A stretch of 64,000 nt of DNA from Flammeovirgaceae bacterium (GCA_020635915.1 JACJYU010000002.1:477608-541607), one strand, 5' to 3'. Counted from the stretch's first letter, positions 53,022-61,966 are shown. Made by a program: numbers and translations. The notes: generated from the sequence alone by a model not told the origin.

Positions 53022-53929
53022 AACCTTTCGGCAATCCTTAATTTTGCGCTTCGCGCCCTGTTATTTTGTTCAAGCTCTTCCTCCTCGGCCATTATTGGCT
53101 TTCGGTTGACCGCTTTAAATGGCCTGATGGGGTTGCCATAAAAATCTTTTTCCAATTCGCCATGTACCTTTCCTGTGTTGATGTAATTTTTTACCAACCT
53201 GTCTTCCAACGAGTGGTACGATATTACCACCAGTCTTCCGCCCGGGCCCACCACCTCACCGCACTGCAGGAGAAAGGATTCCAAAGCTTCCATCTCTTTG
53301 TTCACCTCAATGCGCAATGCCTGAAAAACCTGGGCAAAATATTTGAAGTCCTTTCCCCGGGGGGCTATGGGCTTCAATACTTCCAGCAAATCATAATTGC
53401 GTTCAAACCTTTTCCGGTTTCTGGCCTGCACTACCATTTTGGCTGTCGTCCTGGCATTTTTTACCTCCCCGTACATTCCAAAAACCTTATGCAGTTCCCC
53501 TTCCGGGTATTCATTTAAAACCCGGGCCGCGGTAACTTTTCCCTTCACGTCCATTCGCATGTCGAGGGGGCCATCAAAGCGGGTTGAAAACCCCCGCCCT
53601 GGTGCATCGATCTGGTGGGACGAAACCCCCAGGTCAGCCAGTATGCCGTTTACGCGGGTGATTTGGTTTAGCTTCAAATACTTTTTCATGTACTTGAAGT
53701 TGGCTTGACAAAATGTAAAAGAACGGTAGTTGATTTTTTCGGCCTCGCGCCTCGCATCCTCGTCCTGATCAAAGGCAATCAACCGCCCACCTTTGATCCT
53801 TTCCAGTATTTTCAAACTGTGCCCGCCCCCCCCAAAGGTTACGTCCACATAAACCCCTTCCGGGTCGATGTTGAGGGCGGAAATACATTTACTGAGCAAG
53901 ACAGGCTGGTGATAGCGTGCCCCGCCCAT
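53012..53929 (-). CDS. rsmH: 16S rRNA (cytosine1402-N4)-methyltransferase
   Basis: 305 aa. HQPVLL, VDVTFGGGGHS, LADLGVSSHQID, ISYHSLEDR. Confidence 0.95.
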   Translation of the reverse strand: MGGARYHQPVLLSKCISALNIDPEGVYVDVTFGGGGHSLKILERIKGGRLIAFDQDEDARREAEKINYRSFTFCQANFKYMKKYLKLNQITRVNGILADLGVSSHQIDAPGRGFSTRFDGPLDMRMDVKGKVTAARVLNEYPEGELHKVFGMYGEVKNARTTAKMVVQARNRKRFERNYDLLEVLKPIAPRGKDFKYFAQVFQALRIEVNKEMEALESFLLQCGEVVGPGGRLVVISYHSLEDRLVKNYINTGKVHGELEKDFYGNPIRPFKAVNRKPIMAEEEELEQNNRARSAKLRIAERLWI

Positions 53930-54372
53930 TACTCGTCAAGGTATTTCTGCGCCAGTTTAGACAACTCACCAGGGTCATTGATCAGATGTTTCCCATACTG
54001 GTCGGGGTTCCATATCTCCACCTTATTGCCCATGCCCACCAGGATGGCCTCCTTGTCGATTTGGGAATACCCCAGCATGTTTTTTGGAATGAGAAACCGG
54101 CCGTTGGCATCAAGTTCAACGGTGGCCGTTCCGGAGAAAAAGTTGCGTTGCAACTTCCGGTACTCTTCGTTGAATTCGCTAAGGCCTGAAATCTTTGAGA
54201 AGACTTTCCTGAATTCCACCATAGGATAGAGGATAAGGCATGGCTCAAACCCCCTGCGGATCACCAGCTCATGGCCGGAACCGTCCGGCAACTGGCTTTT
54301 GATCCGGGCAGGCAATACCAGCCTCCCCTTGGAATCCAATTTGCTCTCATACTCACTGGTGAAGAAAGTCAT
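53929..54372 (-). CDS. mraZ: Transcriptional regulator MraZ
   Basis: 147 aa. Two SpoVT/AbrB-like halves with DSKGRLVLPA and DANGRFLIPK. Confidence 0.95.
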   Translation of the reverse strand: MTFFTSEYESKLDSKGRLVLPARIKSQLPDGSGHELVIRRGFEPCLILYPMVEFRKVFSKISGLSEFNEEYRKLQRNFFSGTATVELDANGRFLIPKNMLGYSQIDKEAILVGMGNKVEIWNPDQYGKHLINDPGELSKLAQKYLDE

Positions 54373-54437
54373 GACGTTTTAGTGGTTGTCTTTTCTTTTT
54401 TACCTCCCCATCTGCCAATAGGAAGGTTCTCCTAAAA

Positions 54438-54468
54438 CAAACATAGGTAGAAAAATAACATTTTCAAC
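54438..54468 (-). promoter_or_regulatory. mraZ/dcw promoter (GTTG-N19-TATGTTTG)
   Basis: The minus strand reads AAAGTGGTTGaaaatgttatttttctaccTATGTTTGttttagg. The -7 box matches TAnnTTTG exactly, the spacer is 19 nt, and the -7 box ends 65 nt upstream of the mraZ ATG. Confidence 0.55.
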
Positions 54469-54494
54469 CACTTTCTCCCACTTTATGACACTTT
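54468..54494 (-). promoter_or_regulatory. Putative MraZ operator: three direct AAAGTG[T/G] boxes with exact 10-bp phasing
   Basis: The minus strand reads ATAAAGTGTC ATAAAGTGGG AGAAAGTGGT. CACTTT lies on the plus strand at 54469-74, 54479-84 and 54489-94. The promoter-proximal box abuts the -33 TTG. Confidence 0.65.
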
Positions 54495-54619
54495 ATGGGC
54501 TATTCTGACATTTATCCCCGATGGCCTTACAACCGGGCTCTTTGCCGGAAAACGGGCGCCTGGCATGGATTTTCCGGTTATCTACCTGATTATCAGATGA
54601 TTGCAATACGTTAATAAGT

Positions 54620-54642
54620 AAAAAAACCCGGAACCGGGGGTT
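54620..54642 (-). terminator. Weak intrinsic terminator after the TonB-dependent receptor gene
   Basis: The minus strand reads AACCCCCGGTTCCGGGTTTTTTT, a short GC stem (CCCG/CGGG) with a T7 tract, about 30 nt after the stop. Confidence 0.4.
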
Positions 54643-54667
54643 ATCGGCCGGGGGATGGGGAAAGGCC

Positions 54668-56515
54668 TTACATTTTATAGGAAACCCCCATTTTAAACCA
54701 CCTGCCAGGCATGACCACCAGGTTGGTCTCCTTATATAGGGTGTTGAAAATATTGGTGGCATCCATAAAAACGTCCATCCGGCCAGCGTTTATGCTTATC
54801 CTGGAGTCCACAACCGTATAATCGTCCAATGTCGCCCGGTCTGCATACCTGAAATAAACAGACTGCCTCAGCCATTTGGTGTATTGAAGGCTTAACCCTG
54901 CCGAAAACTGGTGTTTTAGGTTGTCCAGGGCATATCTCGAAAAAAGGGCATCGCCACTCGAGACTTCCACGTTTCCTATATAGGTGTAATTGATGTCCAA
55001 TTTTTGGATGGCACTCTTTTGTCCTGTAAAAGAAGAAGGCGAAAATAAGACCGTAAGGTCCATCCCATCCATGCCCACTTTTGATATGTTCCCGGCCTGC
55101 CATGGCTCATTGGCGGCATTTCTCGTCCAGTCTATGGTGTTCTTTCCCTGCCGGGCAAAATAGCTCACTTGCCCAAAGAGCCCACGGACGCCCAAAAGTT
55201 TAACACCAAGCTCATACGAAACTGCTTTTTCAGGCTTCAAAGCGGGGTTTCCCTGGTTGGCAGGGTCGGAATAATACAAGTCGGTGAAAGAGGGTACGCG
55301 ATAGGTGTATCCCCAATTGCCAAACAACTTTACCGACTGCCCTACCGTATAGCCGATGTCAATGCCCGGGAACACGTTCAAGCCAAAATCGGAATAATAG
55401 TTCATCTGCGCCCCCGGGGTGGCATCCAACTTATTATCAAACAAAACAAAGCGGTGCTCGGCAAACAACGTAGCCACGTCCCGGTCATGGTCCCCCAGGT
55501 TGTTGCTTTCCAGCCCCACCCTGTTGAGGTCAATGCCAATGCCCGTGCTGCCAAGCTTTCCCTCATGGGTGGTGTTTACCTCCATGCCAAAGGTTTTTCC
55601 TGTATGTATGTTTTCATAATAAGCAGGATTGGACCTGATGAATATATAGTCGTCTTTGTTTCCCCTGAAGTACACCCGGGGCCGCACCGACCACGCCCCG
55701 TTGGTTTGTGGGTCATAGGACAACGAGGCCAGGCTGGTTTGCACCTCTTCATACTGGTCGCGAAAATCCTCGCTTGCATAAAACCCATTGGCACCAAATT
55801 TCCTCCCGGTAATGCCGCCCATGACCGTAATGGTGCCCGTCCCTGTTTTTACCTTTGATTGATAGAAAAAATTGTTGATGCTGTAGTCCGTATTGTATTT
55901 ATACCCGCCTGACTGGTCGCGGCCTATGCTTGCGAAATGGCTTGCTTTATCGCCCACATAGGCCCCGCTGATTTTACCTCCCCACATTTCGAAATCACCG
56001 CCCGTTAATTGCACCGTGAGGCCATTTTTTTCCGGGGTTTTTGTGATGAAGTTGATGGCCCCGGCAAAGGCATTTTGTCCATAGATACGGGCTGCCGGCC
56101 CCTTGATTATTTCTATCCTTTCAATATTGGCAATATCTATCGGCAGGTTCATGGCGTGGTGCCCCGATTGGGGATCGCTCATTTTAATCCCATTGACCAA
56201 AATCAAAACCTGGTCAAATGTACTTCCCCTTATCCCTGGATCGGCCTGAACACCATTGGCCCCGCGCTGCCGGATGTCCATGCCTGCATAATAGCGCAAC
56301 ACATCCGATGGGCTAATGGCCGGGGCATTTTTAATGTCCTGAGGCATGATTACGATCACATTGGCAGAACCCTCGTCAAAGCCGGTTTGTATCCTGTTGG
56401 AATGGACCACCACTTCATCCAGCCGGATGGTATCGCCCTGGGCATAGGCAACAACAAATGGCCCAAGTATAAAAGGAAGGAAAAAGAGTGCTCTCAAATC
56501 AATTCTATTTAACAT
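54668..56515 (-). CDS. TonB-dependent outer-membrane receptor (compact, BtuB-sized)
   Basis: 615 aa. Signal peptide, plug domain (DEVVVHSNR.., PGIRGSTFDQVLILVNGIKMSDP.., IERIEIIKGPAARIYGQNAFAGAINFITK), then a beta barrel. Confidence 0.88.
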   Translation of the reverse strand: MLNRIDLRALFFLPFILGPFVVAYAQGDTIRLDEVVVHSNRIQTGFDEGSANVIVIMPQDIKNAPAISPSDVLRYYAGMDIRQRGANGVQADPGIRGSTFDQVLILVNGIKMSDPQSGHHAMNLPIDIANIERIEIIKGPAARIYGQNAFAGAINFITKTPEKNGLTVQLTGGDFEMWGGKISGAYVGDKASHFASIGRDQSGGYKYNTDYSINNFFYQSKVKTGTGTITVMGGITGRKFGANGFYASEDFRDQYEEVQTSLASLSYDPQTNGAWSVRPRVYFRGNKDDYIFIRSNPAYYENIHTGKTFGMEVNTTHEGKLGSTGIGIDLNRVGLESNNLGDHDRDVATLFAEHRFVLFDNKLDATPGAQMNYYSDFGLNVFPGIDIGYTVGQSVKLFGNWGYTYRVPSFTDLYYSDPANQGNPALKPEKAVSYELGVKLLGVRGLFGQVSYFARQGKNTIDWTRNAANEPWQAGNISKVGMDGMDLTVLFSPSSFTGQKSAIQKLDINYTYIGNVEVSSGDALFSRYALDNLKHQFSAGLSLQYTKWLRQSVYFRYADRATLDDYTVVDSRISINAGRMDVFMDATNIFNTLYKETNLVVMPGRWFKMGVSYKM

Positions 56516-56538
56516 GCAAGTATAATGGCTTTTGGGTT

Positions 56539-57774
56539 TTAGTTAATGGCTTTTTTCTGGCGAAGTTGGGTTATTTCCGCTGCGGACAACCCCAACATAC
56601 CGGTTAGGATTTCCTCCGAGTGCTGGCCAAACCGGGGTGGCGCAGTGAGGCGCGATACGTTGGGAAGGCTACCGTTGCAATGGCCTACCATGTTCCTCGT
56701 TCCTGTTATCCCGTCACCGTGTATTAAAATTTCCTTTGCTTCCTTCATTTCAAATACCCCTTTAAGGTCCTGGATTATTCCCGCTGGTATCTTATATCTG
56801 TTGCACCCTGCCATAAAATCCATTGTGCCCATTCTTGATATGCCCTCCTGGAGCGCAACATTCAGCCCCTCCCTGTTTTTTACGCGCTGGGCATTATTGA
56901 CAAACGCAGGGTCCGATGCCAACCCGCTCATCCCCAACAGGGCACACAGATATTTAAACTGCCGGTCGCTGCCCACTGCCAGCAGCACCCGCCTGTTGTC
57001 CTGGGCGATGTAGGTATCACCATAAGGTGCAATGTTGGGGTGGGCAGAGCCTTTGCGCACCGGTAGTTGGTTGGCCACCAACCAATTGGCCGCCTGGTTG
57101 GCCAATGATGCCACTGCCGCTTGAATGAGGGATACTTCCACCAGGCTTCCCTTACCCGTTGCTGCCCTGCGTATCATGGCCAGCAACAAGCCCTCCTTTA
57201 GTTGGTGCGCGGCCAGCACGTCAATCAGGGCCACGGGCATTTTCAAGGGTGCCCCGCCTGCTTCCCCGTTCAAGTCCATAAACCCGGATTCGGCCTGGAT
57301 GACCGCATCATACCCCACCCGTTCGTTGTCCGGGCCATATCCCGTCACTTGCCCGTAGATCAAAGAAGGGTTGAGCAGGGAGAGGGTGGGAAAATCCACT
57401 CCCAGTTTTTCTGCATCCCCCGGCTTGTAGCTCGCAACCACCACATCGGCCTTTGCCGCCAATTGGTGAACGATCTCTTTTCCGTCCTTTGTGGAAAGGT
57501 CCACCGCCAGGCTTTTTTTCCCCCAATTCACGGAAGTATAATATGCCGACATGGCACCATCGCTTTCGCCTTTTCCCTTCCAGGTGCGTGTAACATCGCC
57601 ACCCGTCCGGAGGTTCTCCACTTTTACCACCTGTGCCCCCAGCTCGGCAAAAAATTGGCCTACGCTTGGCCCCGCCAGCACAGAGGCCAGTTCCACAACC
57701 ATCAAATCCTTGAACATTTCGCTATCTTGCATTGTTGTTTTCAAATCCACCATTGTTTTCGCCAGCATGGCCAT
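56539..57774 (-). CDS. Family III (CaiB/BaiF) CoA-transferase
   Basis: LMVVELASVLAGPSVGQFFAELGAQVVKVEN is the family III N-terminal motif. The true start may be an internal Met (MQDSE or MFKDL, down to about 57717). Confidence 0.85.
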   Translation of the reverse strand: MAMLAKTMVDLKTTMQDSEMFKDLMVVELASVLAGPSVGQFFAELGAQVVKVENLRTGGDVTRTWKGKGESDGAMSAYYTSVNWGKKSLAVDLSTKDGKEIVHQLAAKADVVVASYKPGDAEKLGVDFPTLSLLNPSLIYGQVTGYGPDNERVGYDAVIQAESGFMDLNGEAGGAPLKMPVALIDVLAAHQLKEGLLLAMIRRAATGKGSLVEVSLIQAAVASLANQAANWLVANQLPVRKGSAHPNIAPYGDTYIAQDNRRVLLAVGSDRQFKYLCALLGMSGLASDPAFVNNAQRVKNREGLNVALQEGISRMGTMDFMAGCNRYKIPAGIIQDLKGVFEMKEAKEILIHGDGITGTRNMVGHCNGSLPNVSRLTAPPRFGQHSEEILTGMLGLSAAEITQLRQKKAIN

Positions 57775-57846
57775 TTCACCGCTGCTAAATTATACCAATG
57801 GTACCCTATGTGGCCACTAATTACAAGAATATTGTACCCGAAAAAC

Positions 57847-59082
57847 ATGAGGTTATATCCATTTCTACTATTGGTTTCCATCCTTGTTTCCTGTAGCCGC
57901 CCACCAGGCCCGAAGCCTGGCCCGTGGCGGGGGGTGATAGGCATGCAAGGCCAGGAATTGCCCATAAATTTTACCATAAACAAGAAAGGCAATACGTACA
58001 CGGCAACCCTAAAAAACGTGGATGAGGAAATTGCCCTGGACGAGGTGTGCCTAAGGGGCGACTCGGTGGTTATGGTCATGCATATTTTTGATTCTGAAAT
58101 CCATGCCAGGACCGATGGGGAAATCATGGATGGCTACTTTGTGAAAAACTATGAGAAGGATGTCAAGCTGCCTTTTAAAGCCGAGTTTGGCGAGGAGTAC
58201 AGGTTTGCAAAGTCAGGTGGCCTGCCTTCCGAAAATTTTACAGGAAAATATGCGGTTGAGTTTGTCCACGAACAGGATACCACCGTTGCCATAGGCATAT
58301 TCAACCAAAACGGCAACGAAGTGGCGGGCACTTTCCTTACCCCCACCGGTGACTACCGGTACCTGCAAGGCAATGTGGTGGATGGTAAAATGATGCTGAG
58401 TGCTTTCGATGGAAACCATGCCTATGTTTTTGCGGCCACAAAAACAGGAGAGGGCACCTTGACAGGGGACTTTTGGAATGGGAAAGACTGGCACGAGACG
58501 TGGACGGGGACAAAAGACGACAATGCCAAATTGCCGGATGCCGAATCTTTGACATTTTTAAAAGATGGCTATGACAAAATTGAATTTTCCTTTCCCGATG
58601 TAAACGGGAAAATGGTAAGCCTGACGGACGACAAATTCAAAGACAAGGTTGTTATCCTGCAGATCTTTGGTACCTGGTGCCCCAACTGTATGGACGAAAC
58701 GAAATTCCTGTCAAAATGGTACATTAAAAACGAGGACCGGGGCATTGAAATTTTAGGACTTGCCTATGAAGCCAAGGATGACTTTGCCTATGCCAGTGGA
58801 AGGGTGAAGAAGATGAAGGAAAAGCTGTCTGTTCCTTACGGTTTTGTCATTGCCGGCAACAAGGACAAAGAGGAGGCGGCCAAAACACTCCCTATGCTCA
58901 ACCATATACTCTCCTTTCCCACCACCATTTTTATCGGAAAGGACGGCACCGTGAGAAACATCCATACGGGCTTTACCGGGCCGGGCACCGGCATCTATTA
59001 TGAGCGGTTCATCCAGCGGTTCAACCAAATTGTGGATGACTGCCTACGCGAAGCCCCTCCGGCAAAAGGCGGGAACTTTTGA
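57847..59082 (+). CDS. TlpA-like thiol:disulfide oxidoreductase lipoprotein with an N-terminal extra domain
   Basis: MRLYPFLLLVSILVSC (lipobox) and a C-terminal thioredoxin fold with VVILQIFGTWCPNC (CxxC). The ORF-track start at 57202 runs antisense through the CoA-transferase gene and was rejected. Confidence 0.85.
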   Translation: MRLYPFLLLVSILVSCSRPPGPKPGPWRGVIGMQGQELPINFTINKKGNTYTATLKNVDEEIALDEVCLRGDSVVMVMHIFDSEIHARTDGEIMDGYFVKNYEKDVKLPFKAEFGEEYRFAKSGGLPSENFTGKYAVEFVHEQDTTVAIGIFNQNGNEVAGTFLTPTGDYRYLQGNVVDGKMMLSAFDGNHAYVFAATKTGEGTLTGDFWNGKDWHETWTGTKDDNAKLPDAESLTFLKDGYDKIEFSFPDVNGKMVSLTDDKFKDKVVILQIFGTWCPNCMDETKFLSKWYIKNEDRGIEILGLAYEAKDDFAYASGRVKKMKEKLSVPYGFVIAGNKDKEEAAKTLPMLNHILSFPTTIFIGKDGTVRNIHTGFTGPGTGIYYERFIQRFNQIVDDCLREAPPAKGGNF

Positions 59083-59148
59083 AGGGCAAATTAGCTTCAA
59101 TACAGTAGTTTTGTAAATGGATTGGTGCGGGCTAGGCCCAGGTAGGTT

Positions 59149-60324
59149 ATGGCAAAAAAAGTAGTGGTAGGCCTTTCGGGCGGTGTTGATTCCAGCGTGG
59201 CCGCGTACCTGCTGAAAGGGCAGGGCTATGAGGTTATTGGCATGTTCATGAAAAACTGGCATGACGATTCCGTAACCCTCAGCAACGAGTGCCCTTGGCT
59301 GGACGACAGCAATGATGCCATGATAGTGGCACAGCACCTTGGCATTCCCTTTCAAACCATTGACCTGAGCACGGAATACAAAAAGCGGATAGTGGACTAC
59401 ATGTTCGCGGAGTACCAGCGGGGTCGCACCCCCAACCCGGACGTGCTCTGCAACCGTGAGATCAAGTTCGATATATTCCTCAAGGCCGCAATGAAACTGG
59501 GTGCCGATTTTGTGGCCACCGGGCACTATTGCCGCAAGGACGAACAACTTATGGATGGAAAAACAATCCATAGGCTATTGGCGGGCAAGGACAGCAACAA
59601 GGATCAAAGTTATTTTCTGTGCCAGCTTACCCAGGCACAGTTGGCAAAGGCCCTCTTTCCCATTGGGGAGCTGACCAAGCCGGAGGTCCGGGCGATCGCA
59701 AGAAAAATGGGGCTGGCCACTGCCGATAAAAAAGACTCCCAGGGGCTTTGCTTTATCGGCAAGGTACACCTTCCCGATTTTCTCCAGCAAAAGCTAAAGG
59801 CCAAAAAAGGGAAAGTCATCGAAATACCGCGTGATGCCGCCATTTTTGACAATGGCACGGACGGGGAAGACTACGCCACCCTTGTCCAGCCTTACCATTT
59901 AAGCCCCGGTGCGGGGCATGTCGTGGGCGAGCACAATGGTGCACATTTTTACACCATAGGGCAACGCAAAGGGTTGAACATGGGCGGCTTTCCAAAACCG
60001 ATGTTCGTCATCGGCACCGATACCGGTCAAAATTTGATCTATATGGGCCAGGGGGAAGACCACCCGGGCTTGTACAGAAAGGGGCTGTTTGTCCGTCAGG
60101 GTGACGAGCATTGGGTACGCACCGATTTGGCCCTGGGGGAGGGTGAATCCAAACGCTACAAGGTAAGGATAAGGTACCGCCAGCCGCTTGAAAACGCCAA
60201 CCTCATCAGAAAAAAAGAGGGCACCTACGTGGTCTTTGACCACCCACAGCGCGGGGTTGCCCCCGGGCAATTTGCCACCTGGTACGAGGGTGACGAACTC
60301 ATCGGCTCCGGTGTGATCAACTAA
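59149..60324 (+). CDS. mnmA: tRNA 2-thiouridine(34) synthase
   Basis: 391 aa. PP-loop [30 protein letters not shown]. Confidence 0.95.
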   Translation: MAKKVVVGLSGGVDSSVAAYLLKGQGYEVIGMFMKNWHDDSVTLSNECPWLDDSNDAMIVAQHLGIPFQTIDLSTEYKKRIVDYMFAEYQRGRTPNPDVLCNREIKFDIFLKAAMKLGADFVATGHYCRKDEQLMDGKTIHRLLAGKDSNKDQSYFLCQLTQAQLAKALFPIGELTKPEVRAIARKMGLATADKKDSQGLCFIGKVHLPDFLQQKLKAKKGKVIEIPRDAAIFDNGTDGEDYATLVQPYHLSPGAGHVVGEHNGAHFYTIGQRKGLNMGGFPKPMFVIGTDTGQNLIYMGQGEDHPGLYRKGLFVRQGDEHWVRTDLALGEGESKRYKVRIRYRQPLENANLIRKKEGTYVVFDHPQRGVAPGQFATWYEGDELIGSGVIN

Positions 60325-60355
60325 AAAGCCAACCCCAAAAATGAAGTTGGCTTTT
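60324..60355. terminator. Bidirectional intrinsic terminator between mnmA and the repeat-protein gene
   Basis: AAAAGCCAAC-CCCAAAAATGAA-GTTGGCTTTT forms a 10-bp stem flanked by A and T tracts, so it can act on both convergent transcripts. Confidence 0.7.
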
Positions 60356-60372
60356 GTTGGCCATGGGATGCC

Positions 60373-60834
60373 CTAGTTTCCTGCCGCATCTTCCCTGGCA
60401 TCCTTTTTCCTTTTGTGCTTTAACCTGGCGTCTTTGATGCGTTTATCTTTCAGGCGTTTATCCTTCAAGCGGGCATCTTTGATGCGCTTGTCTTTTAAGC
60501 GGGCATCCTTGATGCGCTTGTCCTTCAAGCGGGCGTCTTTGATGCGTTTGTCCTTCAAGCGGGCATCCTTGATGCGCTTGTCCTTCAAGCGGGCGTCCTT
60601 GATACGCTTGTCTTTTAAGCGGGCATCCTGAAGCCTGTCATGCTTGGCCCGCGCCATCCACATCCTCTGCTGCGCGAGGCCAGCCTGGTCCAACCTTGCC
60701 TGCTGCAACCGCACTTGTTGTGTGCGGTCCATCCTGTCCGCACGCCTCGCCACGTCCACTGTCCGGTCCTGCCCAAAGGTGGCCACCGCAATCCCCATCA
60801 GGCCCATAAGCACCAACGTCTTTAGCTTTTTCAT
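60373..60834 (-). CDS. Secreted, highly charged tandem-decapeptide-repeat protein
   Basis: 153 aa. Signal peptide MKKLKTLVLMGLMGIAVATFGQ, a Q/R-rich segment, then six exact DARLKDKRIK units plus degenerate flanking units. Confidence 0.75.
   Translation of the reverse strand: MKKLKTLVLMGLMGIAVATFGQDRTVDVARRADRMDRTQQVRLQQARLDQAGLAQQRMWMARAKHDRLQDARLKDKRIKDARLKDKRIKDARLKDKRIKDARLKDKRIKDARLKDKRIKDARLKDKRLKDKRIKDARLKHKRKKDAREDAAGN
60421..60645. repeat. 30-nt in-frame tandem repeat array
   Basis: Five full units at 60466-60615 ([c/t]aagcgggc[a/g]tc[t/c]ttgat[g/a]cg[c/t]ttgtc[t/c]tt) with degenerate units on both sides. There are no unique spacers. Confidence 0.9.
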
Positions 60835-60927
60835 AACCGTGGTATTTTTCGTTCAACAATAATTTGGGGGTTGGACTGGCACGGTGGCAAAAGGTTTAAT
60901 GCCACCCTCTAAATTTGCGACAAGTGG

Positions 60928-61314
60928 CTAATCCAGGGTGGTAAAAGACATTTCGTTCCCGTAATAAATCTTTGAATATTCTTGATTGGCGGCAAAGGAA
61001 CGGACGAAATACCGGGTACCGGGCGATAGCAGCTCCAGTTTGATGCTGTGCTTTCCCCTCTCGCTTATGTTGCCAAGGTCGAGGCGGTTGGCCGCGTTGA
61101 AAATATCCATGCCGGGGGCCATGCCCCACAAAAAACCATACCGTATAGGCCGGATGCTGCCCACCTCCCTGACCTCCACTTCCAACACCACGCTGGTCCT
61201 TCCGATTTGTTGGGCCCCTGAAGTGGTCAATACCGGAAATTCGGCTTCATCGGTATCGCAAGAAAACGCCAGGCAACACAATAGCATGTACAAACCGGTC
61301 CTTTTCATTTTCAA
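60928..61314 (-). CDS. Small lipoprotein with a single FN3-like beta-sandwich domain
   Basis: MKMKRTGLYMLLCCLAFSC (lipobox). The pattern TTSGAQQIGRTSVVLEVEV..G...I..YGFLWG......LSPGTRYFVRSFA.N......YGNEMSFTT resembles FN3-like modules. Confidence 0.65.
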   Translation of the reverse strand: MKMKRTGLYMLLCCLAFSCDTDEAEFPVLTTSGAQQIGRTSVVLEVEVREVGSIRPIRYGFLWGMAPGMDIFNAANRLDLGNISERGKHSIKLELLSPGTRYFVRSFAANQEYSKIYYGNEMSFTTLD

Positions 61315-61329
61315 AAATAAGAAATACGG

Positions 61330-61893
61330 CTACAATTCCTTAAACCCGGAGACCCCGCCAGAGACGATGAACTTCATGGCCGAAGGACCCGATATCTGGA
61401 TGGGCTTGACATTGGCTTTTGGAACGAGGTAATGATAACCGGAAATGGCATAGGAATGGGGAAGGTACACCACCACCATTTCGTTCAGGCCCAGGTCGGA
61501 CAAATCCTTTTGTGTGACAAACCCGATTTGATAAATCTCATTCTCCTTGTTGATGGTGACCAGCACTGGTTTGTCAAACTTTTTCTTTTCGCCAACAAAG
61601 GCAGAAAGCAAGTCTTTTACCGAGGAGTAGATCAATTTAATAAACGGGAGCCGGTGCATACCTATTTCGAGCACTTCCACAAATGCCTGGAAGGCATAGG
61701 TGGAGGTGAGGTAGCCAAAAATGCTTATTGCTGCCACGATGATCAAAAAGCCAATACCGGGAATGGGCAAGTTCAATAAACCATCCAGCCAGCTAAACCC
61801 CATGTATATCACATAGGCGGTGGCCGTAAGGGGCACGATAAACAAGGTGCCGCTAAAAAAATACCTGGCAAATTTTCTGAATGTTTGGCGCAT
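61330..61893 (-). CDS. DUF502 membrane protein
   Basis: 187 aa. Two N-terminal TMs (GTLFIVPLTATAYVIY.., IPGIGFLIIVAAISIFG), then RLPFIKLIYSSVKDL, as in DUF502. Confidence 0.75.
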   Translation of the reverse strand: MRQTFRKFARYFFSGTLFIVPLTATAYVIYMGFSWLDGLLNLPIPGIGFLIIVAAISIFGYLTSTYAFQAFVEVLEIGMHRLPFIKLIYSSVKDLLSAFVGEKKKFDKPVLVTINKENEIYQIGFVTQKDLSDLGLNEMVVVYLPHSYAISGYHYLVPKANVKPIQISGPSAMKFIVSGGVSGFKEL

Positions 61894-61912
61894 GGTCGTA
61901 AGTGTTTATGAC

Positions 61913-61942
61913 AAAAAAAGCCCCCAATTAGAATCAGGGGCC
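61913..61942 (-). terminator. Intrinsic terminator immediately after nqrE
   Basis: The minus strand reads GCCCCU-GAUUCUAAUU-GGGGGC-UUUUUUU, a 6-bp stem (one G:U) with a U7 tract, about 25 nt after the nqrE stop. Confidence 0.6.
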
Positions 61943-61966
61943 TTCCAATTCCATTGACAAAAACCA

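Noticed and set aside
57202-57846. The N-terminal 215 codons of the 626-aa ORF 57202..59082.
   Set aside because: This part runs antisense through the CoA-transferase gene and has a non-protein-like composition. A lipoprotein signal peptide begins at the ATG at 57847, which I take as the true start.
56516-57846. A cobalamin or other riboswitch controlling the BtuB-sized TonB-dependent receptor.
   Set aside because: Only 23 nt separate the receptor from the upstream CoA-transferase gene, and the 72-nt region upstream of that gene is too short and shows no B12-box-like sequence.
60421-60645. The 30-nt tandem repeats as a possible CRISPR array.
   Set aside because: The units are contiguous with no unique spacers. 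They lie in frame in an ORF with a signal peptide, and all inter-unit differences are synonymous. This is a coding minisatellite, not a CRISPR array.
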